Assembly (NCBI GenBank): GCA_023146045.1
Contig: JAGLCW010000094.1
Span: 2,579-66,578, forward strand
Origin: Caldisericia bacterium
GTDB taxonomy: Bacteria > Caldisericota > Caldisericia > UBA6126
Reading direction: 5' to 3'
DNA length: 64,000 bases
Shown: piece after piece, positions 57,819-64,000 of the stretch
Numbering within the stretch: position 1 is the stretch's first letter
Layout: every line of letters starts with the position of its first letter
The notes under the pieces: generated by a model
The model's input: the letters and a program-made list of their open reading frames with translations, nothing else
Told to the model about the DNA's origin: nothing
The model's database searches: none
Translations under genes and position numbers: made by a program

Positions 57819-58639
57819 AACTCACATCCAAAAAGTAAGGTTATCATTGTGTAATCCATCCAAACAAAAATTATTATGATAGAGAACATTGAACCATATA
57901 TAAAGCTCGCTTTTGAAAAATATTCTAAATAGATTTGATAAAAGAATAAAGCAAATAGCTCAATAGATAGTGACAATAAGGCTGAAAAAAAAGCAGCTTT
58001 TGTATTTACTTTTTTTGGAGAAATCCATTTAAAAAATGTGAAAAAAGCAAAACCTGCCAAAACGAGATTCAATACATAAAGAATAATTCTTGAAGTTTGC
58101 TGAGGTAATTTTAAGATAGTTGAAGTGTCAACAAATTGAATAAGTAACTGAAGTGTGTTGTATACAAATAGAGAAAACACTAGAAATAAAATCATCAAAA
58201 ACATTATCCCAAACCCACGCAATTTATTTAGAAGAAAATTTCTTTGTTTTATTCTAACTCTCCAAATGATGCTGAAAATAGATTCTATCCAAGAATAAAA
58301 CACAAACAATGACCATAGCATTACAAGTAATGCGACGATTGAAGATGTGTAGGAAGATTTGAAAGCATTGTCTATAACCGACTGGAAGCTACTTATCTGT
58401 GTTGGAGAAAATTGATCAACAAAATTAAAAAACAAATCTGTAAATCTAACAATACTTTCTCCTGCCGGGAGAATCCTACCTGCTATTGATATTATAAGAA
58501 TAACTATTGGGATTATTGTTAAAAAAAGGATCCAAGAAAGTCCTGCTGCTTTTATTAAGCAACCATCCTTAAAAAAATTAACTATAGACGTTCTAAAAAT
58601 GTAGCTGGTCTTTTTTATGCAAAAATTAATGTTTTTCAT
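57788..58639 (-). CDS. YihY/BrkB family inner membrane protein
   Basis: Six-TM protein with the characteristic 'LSWILFLTIIPIVILIISIAG' N-terminal helix and overall YihY-like layout. Confidence 0.65.
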   Translation of the reverse strand: MKNINFCIKKTSYIFRTSIVNFFKDGCLIKAAGLSWILFLTIIPIVILIISIAGRILPAGESIVRFTDLFFNFVDQFSPTQISSFQSVIDNAFKSSYTSSIVALLVMLWSLFVFYSWIESIFSIIWRVRIKQRNFLLNKLRGFGIMFLMILFLVFSLFVYNTLQLLIQFVDTSTILKLPQQTSRIILYVLNLVLAGFAFFTFFKWISPKKVNTKAAFFSALLSLSIELFALFFYQIYLEYFSKASFIYGSMFSIIIIFVWMDYTMITLLFGCEFCKTLHQSIN

Positions 58640-58695
58640 AGATATAAAAATACCAGGAAGTATTATTTTAGAATACTTCCTGGTTAATTTGACGT

Positions 58696-59712
58696 CTAAA
58701 TAGAAATTTCTTTTTCTGCGATTGTTTTCATTAACTGTGCCGTGTGACGTACATCAAATACATCAACAACTTCACTGGCTGAATGCAGGTATCTTGTAGG
58801 GATTGAGATACAAGTTGTTATCACACCAGATTTGGTTGTTTGAATTACTCCAGCATTTGTTCCTCCAAATGCAAGAACCTCAAATTGATATGGGATATGG
58901 CTTTCTTCGGCAATGTTTTGTATCCATTGATTAAGCCTATGATCTGCTATCATGCTTCTGTCTTGGATTTTTATTGCTGGCCCGCTTCCTAATTTCATAG
59001 GTATACGTTTTGCGCCTTTTGGTGTATCTCTAAATCCTGTAGCTGTTACATCTAAAGCAATTCCATAATCTGGTTCAATTCCATATGCTGCTGCTTTGCT
59101 GCCAACTAAACCAACTTCTTCCTGTGTAGCAAAAACAAAATATAAGTCATGGTGGTTAGATTTTAATGTTTGAATGACGTTGATTAGTATTGCACAAGCT
59201 ATTCTATCGTCCATAGCCTTTGACATGTACCTGTTACCCATATCAACAAAGGAAGAATCATATGTAGCAGTTTCACCAATTCTAATTTTAGAAAGTGCTT
59301 CGTTGCGTGTTCTAGCACCGATGTCAACAAACAGCGTATCAAAACTAACTTCTTTTCTGTCAGAGGCTTGCTTCATTAGAATTTCTGATTCATACCCAAT
59401 AGTTCCTTTTGTTCCATACTCAAATCTAATTCTTTGATGTGGTAAATTTACAGGCAAATGACCACCCAATGGTTCTATGTGAATAAAACCATTATCATCT
59501 ATATAAGTGGCTACAAATCCAATTTCATCCGCATGAGCATCAAAAAGAAGTTTTTTCCCATTACCTTTTTTATGAGCAATCAAGTTACCCAATGAATCAA
59601 TGTGGTAATCATCAACATAGGGTTTAATGTACTCTAAAATAATTTTCTGAATATTTTCCTCTCTCCCGCTTGGAGATGAAGTTTCAACAAGTCTTTTAAT
59701 AATATCTTGCAT
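58696..59712 (-). CDS. M42 family (TET/FrvX-type) aminopeptidase, paralog 1
   Basis: Dinuclear metallopeptidase M42 signatures: 'HADEIGF', 'DDRIACA', 'TQEEVGLVG', C-terminal 'HSASE'. Confidence 0.8.
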   Translation of the reverse strand: MQDIIKRLVETSSPSGREENIQKIILEYIKPYVDDYHIDSLGNLIAHKKGNGKKLLFDAHADEIGFVATYIDDNGFIHIEPLGGHLPVNLPHQRIRFEYGTKGTIGYESEILMKQASDRKEVSFDTLFVDIGARTRNEALSKIRIGETATYDSSFVDMGNRYMSKAMDDRIACAILINVIQTLKSNHHDLYFVFATQEEVGLVGSKAAAYGIEPDYGIALDVTATGFRDTPKGAKRIPMKLGSGPAIKIQDRSMIADHRLNQWIQNIAEESHIPYQFEVLAFGGTNAGVIQTTKSGVITTCISIPTRYLHSASEVVDVFDVRHTAQLMKTIAEKEISI

Positions 59713-59723
59713 TGTCTCCTCCT

Positions 59724-60746
59724 TTATTGATTAAAAAAATTCTGGCTATTATTAAAAATACCCATAGCTAGTTTTTGTGTATTAATATAATCTTCAGGAT
59801 GCATTACGCTGGTAGGTGAATGTATGTATCTAACAGGCACAGAAACAGAACCAACAAAAGTACCTTTTTCAGCTTTTGCAATTCTTGTAGCATCGTTCCC
59901 ACCAGAGATTTTTTCTTTTACCTGGAATGGGATTTGTTTTTGTTCTGCAATATTCTTTAAAAAAGTAAAAACTTTTTTCCCAAAAACTAATCCGTTGTGT
60001 GCGATGCTTATCGCAGGTCCTTTTCCCAATTGAGTTGTATACCTATTGCGTTCCACTAAAGGGATGTCACATGCAGTAGTTCCTTCAAGTACAAGAGCAA
60101 AGTCTGGTTTGATATGGTAAGATGCCGTTATGCTACCCCTTAGACCTACTTCTTCTTGAGTGGCAAAGACAAACCATGTGTCAAATTCTGGAGTAATATT
60201 TTCTTTCAATATATCAATCATTATTGAGCAACCAACGCGATCGTCAAATGCTTTCCCTTCCCAAAGATCTCCAAGTTGAGAAAATTTAGTTATGAATGTT
60301 ATGTAATCTCCAATTTCAATTTTACCATTTAACTCTGTATCAGAATTAGCTCCACAGTCAATGTAAAGAGAATCCATTTTTATAGGGCTCAGTACAGACT
60401 TTTGCAAGTGTATTGGTTGTATTCCAATGACCCCGCTTAGTGTTTCTTTCCCAAGAATTTTTACGTTTGTTGCTGGAAAAATAGATGGTAAAATTCCACC
60501 AACGGATTGAAATTTAATGGTTCCATTTTTCTCAATTTTTTCTACCATTAAACCAACTTCATCCATATGTGCGAGAAACATAATTTGTTTCGAGCAGTTG
60601 CGTCCACGCTTTTTAACCATCAAATTCCCAAGGCAATCTACTTTTATTTCATCAACATAATCTTTTATTTCATTTCGTATGAAATTTCTTACTTCACCTT
60701 CATTACCACTAACACCATATAGATTGCATAATTCTTTTAAGACCAT
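59724..60746 (-). CDS. M42 family (TET/FrvX-type) aminopeptidase, paralog 2
   Basis: 'HMDEVGL', 'DDRVGCS', 'TQEEVGLRG', 'HSPTS'. Confidence 0.8.
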   Translation of the reverse strand: MVLKELCNLYGVSGNEGEVRNFIRNEIKDYVDEIKVDCLGNLMVKKRGRNCSKQIMFLAHMDEVGLMVEKIEKNGTIKFQSVGGILPSIFPATNVKILGKETLSGVIGIQPIHLQKSVLSPIKMDSLYIDCGANSDTELNGKIEIGDYITFITKFSQLGDLWEGKAFDDRVGCSIMIDILKENITPEFDTWFVFATQEEVGLRGSITASYHIKPDFALVLEGTTACDIPLVERNRYTTQLGKGPAISIAHNGLVFGKKVFTFLKNIAEQKQIPFQVKEKISGGNDATRIAKAEKGTFVGSVSVPVRYIHSPTSVMHPEDYINTQKLAMGIFNNSQNFFNQ

Positions 60747-61789
60747 TTTAAACCCTCCAGATATTCTGTATCTAGATTCTTTATGTATTCCGTTAATATT
60801 CTTACAGTATATTTACAATCCTTTAAATCCAGCAATTCAATTGGTGTGTGCATGTATTTTATCGGAATAGAGATTAATGCCGTAGGAACGCCACCTCTAG
60901 AAACTTGTATGGCTCCAGCATCTGTACCACCAGGTCTAGCAGAAGGTTCAATGGGTAGCGGTATTGATTCATTTTTGGCAACATCTCTAATGTCTTTAAC
61001 AATTTTTGGTGTAAAATTTGGACCAACTGCTAGTCCTGGTCCTTCTCCAAGCGATAGACCCACGTAGCCTTCTTGTGAAGCAAACCCAACATCCATGGCT
61101 ATCGCAACATCGGGATTAATTTCCCAAGCACTTGTTCCGGCACCCTTTAACCCTACTTCTTCTTGAGTTGAAAAAACAAAGTAAATGTCCCATTCGTGAT
61201 ATATTTTTGTTAGTTCTTTAATGGTAGCTATGCTAATTGTAGCACATGCTCTATCATCTAACGTTTTTGATGAGAATCTGTTATTAAGTAAAGAGATAAA
61301 AGGTGCTTTGAAAACTATTGGTGAGCCAATCCTAATTCTTTTTTTAACATCTTCTTCGGATAACCCCGTATCAAGAATTAGAGTATCATAACTTGCAACC
61401 TTATTTCTCTCTTCTGGTTTTATTAAATGAGGAGGAACTGTAGAAAATACCGATGGTAACATTTCACCATTGATACTTCTAACAAGGCATTCTTGCGCTT
61501 GAAGAATTTTTGGATCAACACCACCACGTGGTTCGACTTTCAAAAAACCTCCATCTAGAATTGCTCCAACAACAAAACCAATTTCATCAATGTGTGTAGA
61601 GATCATTAGTTTACCTTTTATTTTCCCTACCCCTTCTTTTATGGCTACCAAACTTCCTAAAGTATTGATATAGGTTTTTTGAACGAATGGACTAATCTCT
61701 TTCTGTATCCAATTAGCTACAGATAGCTCTTCTCCACTAATTCCGTAAAGACTGGTGATCGTTTTTAAGACTCGTTCCCAATCAAACAT
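60737..61789 (-). CDS. M42 family (TET/FrvX-type) aminopeptidase, paralog 3
   Basis: 'HIDEIGF', 'DDRACAT', 'TQEEVGLKG', 'HTPIE'. Confidence 0.8.
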   Translation of the reverse strand: MFDWERVLKTITSLYGISGEELSVANWIQKEISPFVQKTYINTLGSLVAIKEGVGKIKGKLMISTHIDEIGFVVGAILDGGFLKVEPRGGVDPKILQAQECLVRSINGEMLPSVFSTVPPHLIKPEERNKVASYDTLILDTGLSEEDVKKRIRIGSPIVFKAPFISLLNNRFSSKTLDDRACATISIATIKELTKIYHEWDIYFVFSTQEEVGLKGAGTSAWEINPDVAIAMDVGFASQEGYVGLSLGEGPGLAVGPNFTPKIVKDIRDVAKNESIPLPIEPSARPGGTDAGAIQVSRGGVPTALISIPIKYMHTPIELLDLKDCKYTVRILTEYIKNLDTEYLEGLKWS

Positions 61790-61790
61790 A

Positions 61791-63890
61791 CTAAAGCCTC
61801 CTTACTGTTACAATTTGTTCTACTGCATCCCACTCAATTACAGCATGTAACGCCTCAGAAATAGCCCGTATTGGAACAAATGTTCTATTTTTTTGAATGA
61901 GCGGTGGGCTATCTAACAATATTTTTTTCTGGTTTACAAACATATCCCTGGAACCAATTTTTAAGATAATTTTGACACCATTATCTAGTATCGTAATTTC
62001 TTGAATTGTATTGTTCCATAAAACTTTTGCCTTAAAAGATTCTGAGATGAATCTTAGCGGAACCATTGTTCTGCCCTCGTTGATAAAAGGTTCCGCATCT
62101 AAAGAATGTATTTCTCCATTAACATAGGCAGTTGAGTTACCGATTTGAAGTGTAATTACTGTAATAAGAAAATTCTTGAAAGGGATAGATTGAATGCGTT
62201 GATTTCCAGAATCAGCTATGAATAAACTATTGTTGTGTTTTTGAATTTTTTCTGGAAACAAAAAAGAACCAATCTCAAACCATAAATCAATTTGAGAATT
62301 GCTATCCTGAACATATGTGTTTGGACCACCAATATGACCAAAAGTTGAGAATAATTTACCATTTTTGTTGTTATAAATGTTGATACAGCAATTATCTCTG
62401 TCTGATAAGACTATTCTGTCTAAGTGTGGGATGAAAAAAAGTTGAGTTGAAGAGGATTTATCAAAATGATCAAGGTTGAATGATCTAATTTCTTTTTCAG
62501 AAATACTATCCAATACCGTAACAAGCCCTGATTGGTCAACTATGTACAAGTCATTTTCAAAAAAAGCAAACCCAATGAAATGGTTTTTCGAAACAGGGAG
62601 TTTTAAGGAGTGATTAAGATCACCATTTTTGCTTATAAAAAGTAAAGCTTGGTTGTACCAATCTAATGCAATAATTTCTTGTTTATATGTTTGCAATTGT
62701 GTGAATCTACTGTTTAATCCTTCAAAAAATACGTTTATAGTGTTGTCTTCAATACAATATATTTTTTTTGTTGCATTTTGATCAATAACATAAAGTTTAT
62801 TGTTTTCGGAACATGTTAAATCTAAAGGGTTAATAAAGACTTTTTCTGGTTCTTGTTCTATGAGTCCAATATGTGATATAAATTCATTCGTGTTGCTATT
62901 TATACATTTTATCCCTTTGTTGTGGTCATCATTGGTGAAAAGAGTTCCCCTAGAGTTTAAACAAAATTTTGCTGGCCAATGAAGTTCTATATTCTTACTA
63001 GGAAGAATATCTAGTGTAGATACTTCAGATGTAGATATTGATATTTTCAGTATGGAGTGAGGTTTTGACGTTGTTGCTAATAGAGCGTTCTCTTCTATGT
63101 AAAGGAGACCATTGATAAGAACATCAGAATCAATTTGTATAGAAGAAATATATTTCCCAGAAAGAGAAAAAATTGACAAATTACCTTTGGTGTCGGCTAC
63201 AAAAATTCTATCACTTGAAGACTCTATTGCCACTGGTATAGAAATAAACTCCTCTCCAAACGTCTCTGATTTTGAGAGGTCTGGATTAGCCATAGTAAAG
63301 CCTCTCCTTTGACTGTCAATAATAAGTATGTGGCTGTCTGTTGCTGCTATGTCTTTTAAGTCAATAAATGGTGTGCCATTTAGTTCAGAAAATTCATTAA
63401 CTATATTTCCAAGATTTCTGAATACACAAAGGGTTTTTTCAGTTATCGCGTAAATATTGCCATTAAGGAGAGGGGACGTTCTGATAAAATCTGATCGAAG
63501 TTTTGGAGCCTTAAATGTTCTACTGTATATTCCAGTGTCTGAGAATACTTGAATCTTCCCAATCTTTTTCTGGTAATCGTTAATTGAAGATATGTAAACT
63601 TCATTGTTTGTTGATTGTATTCCTTGAATAGAAACAAACTGTCCTTTTTTTGTGCCATATCCACCAAAATGGAATACAGGTTTTTGATTTTCATCAAACA
63701 CCTGTATCTGAGCGTTGTTTGTGTCTGCAACATACGTAAACTTGCTATTTCCAGCAATTCCTGCAGAAACCTCAAAAAAACCAAGAGTCCATATTTTTCC
63801 TAGCACTTTCCCTTTTGTTTCTGCATGCAATGAAGGAACTAAAAAATTCAACGAAAGAAATATTACAAGAAAATATACAATTCTATTCAT
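61791..63890 (-). CDS. Secreted NHL-repeat (six-bladed beta-propeller) protein with two C-terminal CuAO-N domains
   Basis: Signal peptide 'FLVIFLSLNFLVPSLHA'. Repeated NHL-like blades ('...YVADTNNAQIQVFD...', '...FIADSGNQRIQSI...'). C-terminal 'RTMVPLRFISESFKAKVLWNN' and 'RTFVPIRAISEALHAVIEWDA' CuAO-N domains. Confidence 0.7.
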   Translation of the reverse strand: MNRIVYFLVIFLSLNFLVPSLHAETKGKVLGKIWTLGFFEVSAGIAGNSKFTYVADTNNAQIQVFDENQKPVFHFGGYGTKKGQFVSIQGIQSTNNEVYISSINDYQKKIGKIQVFSDTGIYSRTFKAPKLRSDFIRTSPLLNGNIYAITEKTLCVFRNLGNIVNEFSELNGTPFIDLKDIAATDSHILIIDSQRRGFTMANPDLSKSETFGEEFISIPVAIESSSDRIFVADTKGNLSIFSLSGKYISSIQIDSDVLINGLLYIEENALLATTSKPHSILKISISTSEVSTLDILPSKNIELHWPAKFCLNSRGTLFTNDDHNKGIKCINSNTNEFISHIGLIEQEPEKVFINPLDLTCSENNKLYVIDQNATKKIYCIEDNTINVFFEGLNSRFTQLQTYKQEIIALDWYNQALLFISKNGDLNHSLKLPVSKNHFIGFAFFENDLYIVDQSGLVTVLDSISEKEIRSFNLDHFDKSSSTQLFFIPHLDRIVLSDRDNCCINIYNNKNGKLFSTFGHIGGPNTYVQDSNSQIDLWFEIGSFLFPEKIQKHNNSLFIADSGNQRIQSIPFKNFLITVITLQIGNSTAYVNGEIHSLDAEPFINEGRTMVPLRFISESFKAKVLWNNTIQEITILDNGVKIILKIGSRDMFVNQKKILLDSPPLIQKNRTFVPIRAISEALHAVIEWDAVEQIVTVRRL

Positions 63891-64000
63891 AATGAGATTC
63901 CTTTAAAAACATCTGTGGACTCTCTACACTTAAAGCATATCTAGTTTCCATAATATAAGTATATGCATTATACCAATTTCGTTCAAACTAAAGTTGTACC

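Overview
This is an AT-rich bacterial chromosomal segment. I found no CRISPR array, IS element, integrase or prophage. Gene content (yacL-ispDF synteny, a Tad/Flp pilus locus with no secretin or RcpC, and many secreted proteins ending in copper-amine-oxidase N-terminal-like (CuAO-N) domain pairs) suggests a monoderm, Firmicutes-like or candidate-lineage organism.

Housekeeping genes:
- L27, Obg, NadD, RsfS
- dCMP deaminase
- IspDF, AccB/AccC
- a folate/pterin cluster (FolE2, 6-pyruvoyl-tetrahydropterin synthase (PTPS), FolP, FolK)
- GcvT
- transketolase split into N- and C-terminal genes 10 kb apart
- an atypical PFK next to an H+-PPase
- LigA
- tRNA-Ser, tRNA-Val and tRNA-Thr

Accessory and interesting content:
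1. A receptor Ser/Thr kinase with tandem kinase and pseudokinase domains sits 5 nt upstream of a complete Tad (Flp) pilus operon. The operon encodes CpaE/TadZ, CpaF/TadA, TadB, an extended TadC, a prepilin peptidase, two TadE-like pseudopilins, and a DUF192 ORF with an Flp-pilin-like 3' end.
2. A 1560-aa surface protein carries about 10 Cys-rich prealbumin-like repeats, two cohesin-like domains, a dockerin-like Ca-binding repeat and CuAO-N anchors.
3. A Csd1/Csd2/CcmA-like module (active M23, degenerate M23, bactofilin) resembles the Helicobacter cell-shape operon.
4. Three M42 (TET) aminopeptidase paralogs lie in tandem.
5. Five different proteins use the CuAO-N module, and within three of the genes the two module copies have runs of about 65-90 nt that are DNA-identical (gene conversion or recent duplication).

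All calls rest on reading the translated ORFs and motifs by eye. I ran no database searches.
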